From the NCBI GenBank assembly GCA_002683655.1, contig NYTS01000060.1:1-51525 (forward strand): a stretch of 51,525 bases of DNA, written 5' to 3'. The first letter of the stretch is position 1. Every line of letters starts with the position of its first letter. The notes below the pieces were generated by a model. That model was not told the origin of the DNA. It saw only the letters and a program-made list of their open reading frames with translations, and searched no databases. A program made the translations under genes and the position numbers. This DNA is from Deltaproteobacteria bacterium. Lineage in GTDB: Bacteria; SAR324; NAC60-12. This document shows, in pieces, positions 39,166 to 47,919 of this stretch.

Positions 39166-40545
39166 TTGTCCACTGTCGAACTTTTTTTCGATCGGGGGAC
39201 ACTACTTCTTAAAAACCTACCAACGGCGCTCCGAAAAACTTTCTCCCAACTCAAATGGGATGAAAGAGTTCTTTCTTATCGTGCTCCTGCCAACAACTAC
39301 TACGATATTGCTTTATATTTCCATAAAGAAGGTATCCCATTTCTAGACAATGCCAAAGAATTTGAGCCTACCAGTTTTCATCTTTCCCAAAAAATAACTC
39401 CAAGAAATTATCAACAGGAAGCTCTTGATCACTGGCTTCAAGCAGGAAAGCGGGGAGTTGTTACTCTGCCCACTGGAGCTGGTAAAACGATGCTAGCGAT
39501 GCTCTGTATTTCTAAAACGTCACGTCCAACACTAGTTCATGTGCCCACGATTGATCTGATGCAGCAATGGCATGGCTTATTAGAGCAATTTTTTGGGATG
39601 AAGGTTGGTCGAGTGGGTGGTGGCTATAAAGAGTGGGAACAACTGACTGTGAGTACTTATGATTCTGCTCTACTCCAGGTTGAATATTACGGTAATCGAT
39701 ATGGCCTTTTAATCTTTGATGAATGCCATCACCTGCCAGGGCATCAATTTCAATATGCTGCTCTAGCCTCAATAGCTCCATTTCGTCTTGGCCTAACAGC
39801 AACCCCGGAGAGGTCAGATGGCAAGGAAACTCTTCTTTACGAAATCTGTGGACCCTTGGTTTATCAAGTTCATATTGATGAACTAGAAGGTCGTACTCTG
39901 GCGCCATATCGAGTTCAAACCATAGAAATTGAACTCACAACTTCTGAACTCGAAGAATATCAAGAATTAAGAAATATATTTCTAAACTTCATTCGAAGAG
40001 AGAGAATTCGATTTGATGAACCCAACGGTTGGCAAAACTTCTTGTTTAAAAGCAGTCGCAGTCTTGAGGGGAGAGAGGCTTTTCAGGCTTATTTGGCTCA
40101 GAAGAAATTAAGCCAGGCTTCTGGGACAAAACTCCAAAAAGTCTGGCAACTCTTGACACAACATATTGATGACAGAGTGATTTTATTCACCCAAGATAAT
40201 GAAATGGCTTACAAGATTGGACGTGAATTTTTACTACCCGTACTGACCCATCACACCAAGTCAACAGAAAGAGATCAACTGCTCAAAAAATTTAGAGAAG
40301 GGATTTATCCTACTTTGGTGACTTCGAAGGTTCTAAACGAAGGTGTCGATGTCCCAGAAGCCAATGTGGCTATCGTGGTATCAGGAAGCGGTAGTACAAG
40401 GGAACATGTTCAAAGATTAGGACGAATCCTACGTGCGCGCCCTAATAAGGAGGCAATCCTTTATGAGCTTGTTTCGAGGGGAACGGCTGAGCTGTACGTG
40501 AACCAAAGACGAAGACAGCACAGAGCCTATGATCGTTACCGATAA
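39166..40545 (+). CDS. XPB/Rad25/Ssl2-like SF2 helicase
   Basis: N-terminal FDRGTLLL..WD.R...YRAPA (damage-recognition-domain-like), LPTGAGKT, DECHH, GLTATPERSDG, LNEGVDVP and QRLGRILR. Confidence 0.88.
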   Translation: MSTVELFFDRGTLLLKNLPTALRKTFSQLKWDERVLSYRAPANNYYDIALYFHKEGIPFLDNAKEFEPTSFHLSQKITPRNYQQEALDHWLQAGKRGVVTLPTGAGKTMLAMLCISKTSRPTLVHVPTIDLMQQWHGLLEQFFGMKVGRVGGGYKEWEQLTVSTYDSALLQVEYYGNRYGLLIFDECHHLPGHQFQYAALASIAPFRLGLTATPERSDGKETLLYEICGPLVYQVHIDELEGRTLAPYRVQTIEIELTTSELEEYQELRNIFLNFIRRERIRFDEPNGWQNFLFKSSRSLEGREAFQAYLAQKKLSQASGTKLQKVWQLLTQHIDDRVILFTQDNEMAYKIGREFLLPVLTHHTKSTERDQLLKKFREGIYPTLVTSKVLNEGVDVPEANVAIVVSGSGSTREHVQRLGRILRARPNKEAILYELVSRGTAELYVNQRRRQHRAYDRYR

Positions 40546-40550
40546 CGATC
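40531..40550. repeat. 20-bp inverted repeat at the convergent helicase/fliN junction
   Basis: GATCGTTA-ccga-TAACGATC has perfect 8-bp arms and contains both stop codons. Confidence 0.9.
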
Positions 40551-41207
40551 CATGCCTGCCATTCGTTTCACACGGTCGGTCGGGGAAATGATCTCTGTGA
40601 TTCTTGCACCAAATTTTTCTTTATAAACTACTACCTCACCCCGCGCAACGAGTTTACCATTCACAAATACGTCAAGGTCTTCCCCGACTAAGCGGTGCAA
40701 TTCTAGAACGGAACCTTGACCCAAAGAGAGCAAATCACTGATGCTCATCTTTGCACGACCAACTTCGAAAGTGACAGTTAGAGGCATTTCCATAAGGAAA
40801 TTTACGTCGACATTAGGCGGTGGAGAATCATCTTCTGCTTCACCCGTCTGTTCATCGACCATGTTCAGCATGCTGTCCATGTTACCTAATTGGTCGGCAG
40901 AATCTCCAGGGGGTCCAAAACTGCCTAAATCCACTCCGCTGACAGTAGCTGTGTTTTCTGAAGCTCCCGCTAATGAATCAAGATCAGTTGCTCCTGCATC
41001 AACACTGGAGTTCTCAGCTTCTTGACCATCAAAAAAGTCATCGACTGAAGAACTTTCTGTGTTTACTGAAGCGCTTTCGCCATCATCGTCACCTCCCCCA
41101 AAGAGGTTCTCAACACTTTCTTCAGAACTTACTTCTGCAGGAGGCGGTTCAGCACCTTCCTCTCCCCCAAAAATAGAATCTAAATCATCTTGGGACATGT
41201 CTGCCAT
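40536..41207 (-). CDS. fliN: Flagellar motor switch protein FliN with a long acidic N-terminal extension
   Basis: C-terminal SpoA domain MPLTVTFEVGR..LL.LGQGSVLEL..L.GE.LDVFVNGKLVARGEVVV..FG.RITEI. Confidence 0.9.
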   Translation of the reverse strand: MADMSQDDLDSIFGGEEGAEPPPAEVSSEESVENLFGGGDDDGESASVNTESSSVDDFFDGQEAENSSVDAGATDLDSLAGASENTATVSGVDLGSFGPPGDSADQLGNMDSMLNMVDEQTGEAEDDSPPPNVDVNFLMEMPLTVTFEVGRAKMSISDLLSLGQGSVLELHRLVGEDLDVFVNGKLVARGEVVVYKEKFGARITEIISPTDRVKRMAGMDRYR

Positions 41208-41219
41208 GTTCAGGGCTCC

Positions 41220-42134
41220 TTAATTGTCGATCCTGATTTCCTCAATATTGTCTTTGACCCAAAGAAAGCGAGGCTTATCAGCACTTAGTTCTTTACAAGA
41301 GTTTGGGCCACCAAATTCTTGCTGGTATAGTTTCAATTTCCAATTAACTTTGGGTTTTTCTTTTAAACAGAAGTGAGCTTCAAAAGAATTTTTTGTTGGA
41401 AACACTTCTTGAGTGATTTGAATTTCACCGTTCAATTGCCGATCTTTGAGATATTTTCGGATTTCTAGTTCGACTACTTGAAGCCAAGCCGGGAGAAAGA
41501 CATTTCCTCGATGAAATTCAATAGGTAAATCTTCGTAGAGTAATGCATTTATCAAACTAGTTTCTACTCTGCCGTACATCTTACCGCTGGGCATGTCCAG
41601 CACTGTTGGTGCGAAGCGATGCCCACCAAGGTGTGATGATTCCCAAATTTCGATAGAAGGGTCTGTATTGGAAATTGATTCTCTTAGGGTGTCGAAAAGC
41701 TTCTGTCCAAATTTCGCGCAGCATTGATCATGCCTGCCATGGGTGCAGACAAACAGTTGTTTATTGCTTGAAAGAGCCTTCGGTGAGTATGTTTTGTAGC
41801 TACCCTTGAGATGATTTTCCAATACTTCAAACACCGCTTCGATTGGAATGTTTTCGTAAAGAACCCCCTCAGGATAAGAAAATATTTTTAAGCCTTCAGA
41901 GGTTGTTTGATTTGGGTGCTGAATCAATCTGGTTAAAATTCCACCATGTATTTCCGCCTGACTATCTTTCCACTCTGAGTATTGAGATGTCCAATCTCCA
42001 TCTGAATCTTGAAAGGCTTTTTGTCCCCACTTCGTTTTTGGCCAAGTAATGAAGAAGAAGTGCTTTGCGTGACCAGCAGTTCCTCCCATTGGCTCATTCA
42101 AATTAAGCGAGTATTCACTGCAATAATGCTTCAT
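41220..42134 (-). CDS. Sucrase/ferredoxin-like (Apd1/Aim32-type) 2Fe-2S protein
   Basis: FVCTHGRHDQCCAKFG and WESSHLGGHRFAPT supply two Cys and two His ligands; N-terminal CS..S...NEP..GTA. The start is probably ATG 42134. Confidence 0.88.
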   Translation of the reverse strand: MKHYCSEYSLNLNEPMGGTAGHAKHFFFITWPKTKWGQKAFQDSDGDWTSQYSEWKDSQAEIHGGILTRLIQHPNQTTSEGLKIFSYPEGVLYENIPIEAVFEVLENHLKGSYKTYSPKALSSNKQLFVCTHGRHDQCCAKFGQKLFDTLRESISNTDPSIEIWESSHLGGHRFAPTVLDMPSGKMYGRVETSLINALLYEDLPIEFHRGNVFLPAWLQVVELEIRKYLKDRQLNGEIQITQEVFPTKNSFEAHFCLKEKPKVNWKLKLYQQEFGGPNSCKELSADKPRFLWVKDNIEEIRIDN

Positions 42135-42136
42135 AA

Positions 42137-42967
42137 CTACAAGCTCTCGGATTGACGCCACATCTGCAGAGTCTTTTCCAAATCTGGGTGGGGTAGACAG
42201 TGAATTGGACCAAAAGTTTCTGATTGTACGACTTGAATCAAGTGATGCTTCAGCATTTCCAAGACTGCAAGGAAGGTAAGGATAAGATGGGATCTATTAT
42301 GAGATCTTGGGTAGAGATTCTCGTATGAGAGGCTAGCCTTGGTCTGGAACATGTTTAGCAGATCAATGATTCTATCTTCGATTCGGTATCTTTCTGGTTC
42401 AACTTGGTGGTGATGGATTCTCGGACGCCTTTGCATAACCAGTTTGAAGGAATTCAATAAGTCAATGAGAGAAACCTCCTCTGATAAAGTTTGAACTTCC
42501 CTAATCTCATCTGCCTTTTCGACAGACTCCTCAAGATTGTCCTCTCCACGTGGAAATACGTCTCTGCCTAGCCAATCTCTTGCTCCAATGGCATAAGCTG
42601 CATCTTTAAAGCGTTGATACTCCATCAAACGTCGTCGAAGCGTTTCTTCTGGATCTTCTCTCTCATCACTTTCCTCCGTGACTGGTGGCCTTGGGAGCAA
42701 GGTTCTAGACTTAATAAGAATTAATGTGGCAGCAATCTCGAGGAACTCACCTGCGATGTCTAAATCAACAGTTTGTAACGCACGGATATAACCTAGGTAA
42801 GCTGCAGTGAGATCTGCCAACCGGACTTCATCGATTGAAACTTTTTTCTTACGAATCAAATGGAGTAAAAGTTCAAGCGGCCCCTCAAATACTTCAATCT
42901 TAACTTCGAGGGGTTTCTCGCGATCTGGGTAGATCCCCAATGCAGGAATAGCTTCCCACTCAGTCAA
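42137..42967 (-). CDS. scpA: Segregation and condensation protein A (kleisin)
   Basis: FEGPLELLLHLI, AGEFL.IAATLILIKSR.LLP, L.EYQRFK.AA and TFLAVLEM.K. Confidence 0.93.
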   Translation of the reverse strand: MTEWEAIPALGIYPDREKPLEVKIEVFEGPLELLLHLIRKKKVSIDEVRLADLTAAYLGYIRALQTVDLDIAGEFLEIAATLILIKSRTLLPRPPVTEESDEREDPEETLRRRLMEYQRFKDAAYAIGARDWLGRDVFPRGEDNLEESVEKADEIREVQTLSEEVSLIDLLNSFKLVMQRRPRIHHHQVEPERYRIEDRIIDLLNMFQTKASLSYENLYPRSHNRSHLILTFLAVLEMLKHHLIQVVQSETFGPIHCLPHPDLEKTLQMWRQSESL

Positions 42968-45653
42968 GATTCATCTCTTTCATAAGTTGCTCGGCTGTAT
43001 TTCCAGCATTTGAAGATTCATACCTTGATTTTGCGCCTCGGGTGACTTTTCTGAGGTCATCTTGGGTTCGAATTATTTTTGGTCTTATAAAAAGCAGAAG
43101 ATTTGTTTTATCTGTCGTATCACTGCTGCTGGCAAAAAGTCCTCCAATTAAAGGTAAATCTCGAAATCCTGGGACTGAATTTGCTGAATTCCGTCGAGTT
43201 TCGTTGATTAAGCCACCCAACACTACAATCTCATTGTCTCTGGTAACCACTGTAGTGCTCAACTCTCTCTTAAAAGTTGTGATGGCTGTCTGCGCACTTG
43301 TTGCCCCACTTGTTACTATATTACTTGATTCCTGTTGAATCTCGAGACGAATGCTATCTTCACCACTAATTTGAGGCTTAATTGTTAGTTTAATCCCAAT
43401 GTCTTTAAATTCAGTTTCGGTAGTGGTGACTCCATTGTTATTCGTTACGGTTCTAGTAGAAACCGGAGTGTTCGTTGTGACATTGATGCTTGAAGAAACG
43501 TTGTTAAGCATCATGATCTGAGGATTTGCAAGAATATCAACATCTTGGTCTTGTTGAGTGGCCCTTATGAAGGCTCCAAAACTAAAATATTGTTGACCAC
43601 CAAACTCAATTTCACCACCAACAACCCCAAAAGCCGAGTTTTGACCAGCTGCTGTAGCTGTGGTGGCGTTAAATGGTGTTGTTCCTGGGAATCCGCCGGT
43701 ACTAATTCGACCATCATCTTCGCCAGCAACTCGCCAGTTGATACCCAAATCAAGACTTTTGGTCAATGTGATTTCCATCAGCATTGCTTCAACATAAACT
43801 TGTAAGCGAGGCACATCTAGCCTTGAGATAATCTCTTCGAGCGTAGGTAACGTTTCAGGTGGTGCAAAAATTAGCAAGGAATTGGTTGCCTCGTCAGATG
43901 TAATGGAGATTTCTCCACTTGTTTCGACAGCTTGACTTGGTTTGTCATCAGCAGTTTCTTTATTTTTAGCTTCTGTTTGCGTTGCTATCTCACGAATTCT
44001 TCCTGTCAGTTCAAGTAGCAATGGAGCCATGTCCTTGGCAACTGCGTGTTTTAGCGCGTACAAACGGAAGTTGCTCTGAGCCCTGTCTTCCTCTTGGAAA
44101 ACATCTAGCATTCCCAGGAGACTTTTGAGCTGTGAGAGTTTTTTCTGATCAGTAATAACAATGAGAGCGTTTAATCGAGGTTCAGGGATTATCTTAAAGG
44201 AATCAGTTGTTTGGCTCTTTTTCTCTCCTTCTTTTTCAACTACTTTGATTTCTGAGAAAACATTAGTCAGTAGACCTGACATAGTGTCAGCACGGGTGAA
44301 CTTTAGAGGTACTAATTCGTATAAGACATCTCCAGCTGCCTGTTGAGGAATATCTAGACGCTCAGCAAGTTCTATAACACGGTCAGTAGTGAATCCATCT
44401 GCAAGAATTATAAGAGCATTCAGTCTCGTTTCTGGGATGATTTTAACAGGACTTGATTTCGCAGTTTCCCCCTTATCCTGCCCCTGAACAATCTGGTCAG
44501 TGAAAATTGTTGCCAGGAGTTGTCCGAGTGGTCCTGCCTCAGCATAACTTACTGGATGTATCGTTATTTCAACACCTCTCTCTCTCTCTACATCCAACTG
44601 CTCAATCAAGCTGACTGCGCTTCCCGTACTGATTGCACTGGCAAGGATCACTACAGCATTCATAGGCTCAAAGGGTACTAGTTGCACAGAAGCTGTTTTC
44701 GGGAAAACAGTCTGTAGTAAGCCTATCACTTCCTGAGGTTTTAGGAATCGGAGCCTTTGAATAGTCATTTGTTTGCCTTCAACAGGCACATCGATTTTTT
44801 CTAGGAAACTTACCAATTCTTCTGTAACGGGTTTATTTGCAACAATGAAGAGAGCGTTCATTCGCTCTTCAATAACTAGCTTGAATGTGATTGCTTTACC
44901 ACTGCGCTGCAAATTAGCATAAAGATCTGTAACAGTTTTATGTAACTCTTTAATATCACTATGTTTTGGTGTAAAAAGTGTGACTGCCTGTCCAACGCCT
45001 TCTGGCTCTGGAACATCCAACATTTCAATGATTTCTTCGATCCGTTCCACGTTTGCAGCATTGTCCAAAACGATTAGCATCTCTAAGGGCTCATAGAGAA
45101 GCATGGCTCCAGCTTTTGAGAAGATCGGCTGTAGTGTCGCTTGTATTCTTTTAAGATCAGCATGTTTGAAGCTGATCAATCGCATCACAAATTCTTGTTG
45201 AGTGTCTAGGGGTACTTCTTGTGAGATGTTAAGTCTGAGAAATCTGGCCTCAGCAGCAGGAAGAATTTCAACGACGTTACTTTTGGGTCTGGGTACTAGA
45301 GCAAGCCCTTGGGTCTGAAGAATCTTCTCGAAGAAATACAGCGCGTCTTTTGCAGAAACTTTTAGATTTGGAGGAGCCGTGATTGACATCTGCCCACGTA
45401 GATTTTTCTCTTCGTAAAGAAAAACTGTGTTGGTTTCAATGGCAATAATTTTTATAAATTCTTGAAGAATCAGGGTGGGGGGTAAGTTGATTGAGACGTC
45501 CTTGGAAAGGGCCTCGAATCGTGACCGCATTTCTACCGTAGCATTATCAACTGCAGAATCTTCTTGGGCAAAAACTGGGAAAATTACTGAAAAAAAACAT
45601 AGCAGAATCAATGCTGTGAGGAACTTGTGAATCCGCAACAAGTGTAAAATCAT
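42960..45653 (-). CDS. gspD: Type II secretion system secretin GspD, elongated
   Basis: Signal peptide, N0 domain and multiple Secretin_N repeats, then LDVPRLQVYVEA, ILANP, DIGIKL.IKPQI, VLGGLI, VPG..DLPLIG.LF and NLLLFIRPKII. Confidence 0.9.
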   Translation of the reverse strand: MILHLLRIHKFLTALILLCFFSVIFPVFAQEDSAVDNATVEMRSRFEALSKDVSINLPPTLILQEFIKIIAIETNTVFLYEEKNLRGQMSITAPPNLKVSAKDALYFFEKILQTQGLALVPRPKSNVVEILPAAEARFLRLNISQEVPLDTQQEFVMRLISFKHADLKRIQATLQPIFSKAGAMLLYEPLEMLIVLDNAANVERIEEIIEMLDVPEPEGVGQAVTLFTPKHSDIKELHKTVTDLYANLQRSGKAITFKLVIEERMNALFIVANKPVTEELVSFLEKIDVPVEGKQMTIQRLRFLKPQEVIGLLQTVFPKTASVQLVPFEPMNAVVILASAISTGSAVSLIEQLDVERERGVEITIHPVSYAEAGPLGQLLATIFTDQIVQGQDKGETAKSSPVKIIPETRLNALIILADGFTTDRVIELAERLDIPQQAAGDVLYELVPLKFTRADTMSGLLTNVFSEIKVVEKEGEKKSQTTDSFKIIPEPRLNALIVITDQKKLSQLKSLLGMLDVFQEEDRAQSNFRLYALKHAVAKDMAPLLLELTGRIREIATQTEAKNKETADDKPSQAVETSGEISITSDEATNSLLIFAPPETLPTLEEIISRLDVPRLQVYVEAMLMEITLTKSLDLGINWRVAGEDDGRISTGGFPGTTPFNATTATAAGQNSAFGVVGGEIEFGGQQYFSFGAFIRATQQDQDVDILANPQIMMLNNVSSSINVTTNTPVSTRTVTNNNGVTTTETEFKDIGIKLTIKPQISGEDSIRLEIQQESSNIVTSGATSAQTAITTFKRELSTTVVTRDNEIVVLGGLINETRRNSANSVPGFRDLPLIGGLFASSSDTTDKTNLLLFIRPKIIRTQDDLRKVTRGAKSRYESSNAGNTAEQLMKEMNLD

Positions 45654-45667
45654 GAAATGTAGTGAGT

Positions 45668-46351
45668 CTATTGGTTGAAGGGATGATTTGAAAGAAACCT
45701 TGCAAACTCCAGGTCTAGAGGTGTTGTGATCTTTAGATTTGTTTCCTCTCCAGGTATAAAATGTATGGGTATCCCAGTTTTCTCAATTAGAGAGGCATCA
45801 TCTGTAACGTCCCAATCTTCTTTCTGAGACTGAAGTGTCGCTTGCCAGTAAGGTGATAAATGAAACCCTTGTGGGGTTTGAGTCGCTACATAATCTTGTC
45901 GATTTACCATCTTCACCTGATCCCCATTAATTTGGCGAATTGTGTCCTTCAATGGAATGACAGGAATAACAGCTGGATAATGCTCCAGCGCTCGGATGAC
46001 CCTACTGATAAGCTCTGTCGAACAGAGTGGTCTTGCTGCATCGTGCACGATAACTCTTTCAACCAAACGATCTGTTTGAATTTGTGTTAGCGCTGCTGCA
46101 ACAGAATCTTGACGTCTCTCTCCCCCCATAACGAGAGTCAGATCAGGGAGTGGGCGTAAAGAGTTTAAAAATTTTTGGTCCTCTTGAGCATAAACCAGAT
46201 AAATATGACAGATCTGTGGGTGACTAATTACTTTTCGGAGTGTCTCTTCTAGTACGCTTGAATCATTCAGTGGAAGGAATAATTTGTTTTGATTAGCTCC
46301 CATTCGCCTGCCTTGGCCGGCAGCTGGTAGGATTGCAGCAACTAGTGTCAT
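45668..46351 (-). CDS. ispD: 2-C-methyl-D-erythritol 4-phosphate cytidylyltransferase
   Basis: PAAGQGRRMG, GG.RRQDSV, VHDAARP, QTPQGF, TDDAS and NLKITTPLDL. Confidence 0.95.
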   Translation of the reverse strand: MTLVAAILPAAGQGRRMGANQNKLFLPLNDSSVLEETLRKVISHPQICHIYLVYAQEDQKFLNSLRPLPDLTLVMGGERRQDSVAAALTQIQTDRLVERVIVHDAARPLCSTELISRVIRALEHYPAVIPVIPLKDTIRQINGDQVKMVNRQDYVATQTPQGFHLSPYWQATLQSQKEDWDVTDDASLIEKTGIPIHFIPGEETNLKITTPLDLEFARFLSNHPFNQ

Positions 46352-46390
46352 TCGATGGAGTATTCAACTCACTAGATTTTGTAGTCCGGC

Positions 46391-47722
46391 TCAGAATGCA
46401 AATCGAAGCTGAATCACATCACGAGCATTTGTCTTGTCGCCAGCTTCTTGCCCCATGCTTTCAGTGTAATGTGCATATTCAATTGTGAAAAAACGGAAAA
46501 AAATAAATGGGTTGATTTCAGCACCCCAAGTCGGTCGATTTTGATTGACACCACCTCTCACCGAAACGAAGCTTGCACCTGAATCAATTGGAAGAAAACC
46601 TAATTCCCATCCCCAATTAAATCTCTTCTGCAGACATCCAGGACTTCCCTTGTTTTCAAAACAGTAGGTGTCATTTGCGTTAGCGTAGGTAAAATCACGA
46701 AGATCAGCTGCGAAGAGAAAGCGTATGGGGCCAAACTTTGGTTGTGCTGAGAAACCAATGTCATATTCTGGCATATGGGACCTCGGACAATTATCAGAGC
46801 TTCCAAAATCAAGATGTCCGACGTTATGAGCAACCCCTCCAAAAGTCATCCTCAGCCATGAAGCTGAAACTGCCCGTCGCTGGAAACCAACACTGTAGGA
46901 ATTTGCAATCTTCTTTGAGGTGTAACATGCAAATTTGGATTCTATTTTTTCAGCAAGTTTTTGGACGTCCAAATTTTGAATCTGAGTAGTAACATTGTCT
47001 ATGAAGAGGGCGTCAGCGAGTGTAAGGTTATCAGCACCATTTGCTGCTGCTTGGACTAAAAGAGTATTTAGTTGAGTCAGATCAGCAACACTGATCACAT
47101 CTTCAGTGATATCCTCAAAAGCTACCGTCGTAAATGGCTGTTCTCTTCTTGTAACTGTGTTTTGCTGGACCCCAAAAATCCATTGCCCTGTTCCTGGTGC
47201 CACAGCTAAGCCGTACCGCAACATGCCATCCTCACGCATGCCTAACCCAATGTTGCTATTCTTTATGGTGTTTACCGCCTGTTCTTGACTTGATGCTCCT
47301 GAGGAATCAACAGTAGCTGAAAAATCATAAGCATACTCGAGGGAATAAATTGCGCCGACAGTGAACCAATCACCAAAAGGTAAAATAAAGCTAAATGAGT
47401 TCAACGATCGTATATGCAAGAGATCTATTGAAACAGAAGCTCCATCACTAAGTTTTTCCTGGCTAGACTGCAATTCACTAATAGCTGGAATTTCCAGCAA
47501 AATGTTCAGGTTCAACATCAAACTATCAACACCACCCAATCCAGCTGGATTGTAATACAATGCAGACTCGTCGGCGCTCAGCGCAACCCCAGTATTTCCC
47601 ATGCCAAGGTTTCTAACTGCCTGCCCAGGTCGACGCAACTCAGAATAAGAGGTGTCGTATGTTTGCGCTTGCAGAATACTTGAGAGATTGAAAAAAAGAA
47701 GGATCAGTAGTAAAAGTCTCAT
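46391..47722 (-). CDS. Outer-membrane beta-barrel of the FadL/PorV/TraF-like superfamily
   Basis: Signal peptide; VRNLGMGNTGVA..D.SALYYNPAGL hatch motif; C-terminal IQLRFAF BAM signal. Confidence 0.7.
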   Translation of the reverse strand: MRLLLLILLFFNLSSILQAQTYDTSYSELRRPGQAVRNLGMGNTGVALSADESALYYNPAGLGGVDSLMLNLNILLEIPAISELQSSQEKLSDGASVSIDLLHIRSLNSFSFILPFGDWFTVGAIYSLEYAYDFSATVDSSGASSQEQAVNTIKNSNIGLGMREDGMLRYGLAVAPGTGQWIFGVQQNTVTRREQPFTTVAFEDITEDVISVADLTQLNTLLVQAAANGADNLTLADALFIDNVTTQIQNLDVQKLAEKIESKFACYTSKKIANSYSVGFQRRAVSASWLRMTFGGVAHNVGHLDFGSSDNCPRSHMPEYDIGFSAQPKFGPIRFLFAADLRDFTYANANDTYCFENKGSPGCLQKRFNWGWELGFLPIDSGASFVSVRGGVNQNRPTWGAEINPFIFFRFFTIEYAHYTESMGQEAGDKTNARDVIQLRFAF

Positions 47723-47761
47723 GGTTAACCAGAAAGAATCTAATTTGATTTTGCCTCAAAA

Positions 47762-47778
47762 TGCAGTAGTTGTGCCCC
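47762..47778 (-). promoter_or_regulatory. Candidate sigma54 promoter for the OM-barrel...fliN run
   Basis: Minus strand GGGGCACAACTACTGCA has GG-N10-GC with a GGCAC core, about 40 bp upstream of ATG 47722. Confidence 0.35.
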
Positions 47779-47919
47779 TTGCTGGCCCCAAAAAGCGCCA
47801 ACAAGCTTACAATTTTTGGGTTTAAAGTGTAGAATCTTTCCTGAAAAAATCTTTGTTAGTTTCTCAATGATGCCACTTGGATAGTGGTTGTATTCTTTAT
47901 GCCAAGACATGGAGGTTGA

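Noticed and set aside
39166-40545. Type III restriction or other anti-phage defence system built on the SF2 helicase
   Set aside because: No methyltransferase, nuclease or other defence gene is adjacent, and the motifs fit XPB-like repair helicases.
46391-47722. Conjugative element suggested by the TraF-like barrel
   Set aside because: No relaxase, T4SS, integrase or att-like repeats in the window, and the flanks are housekeeping genes.
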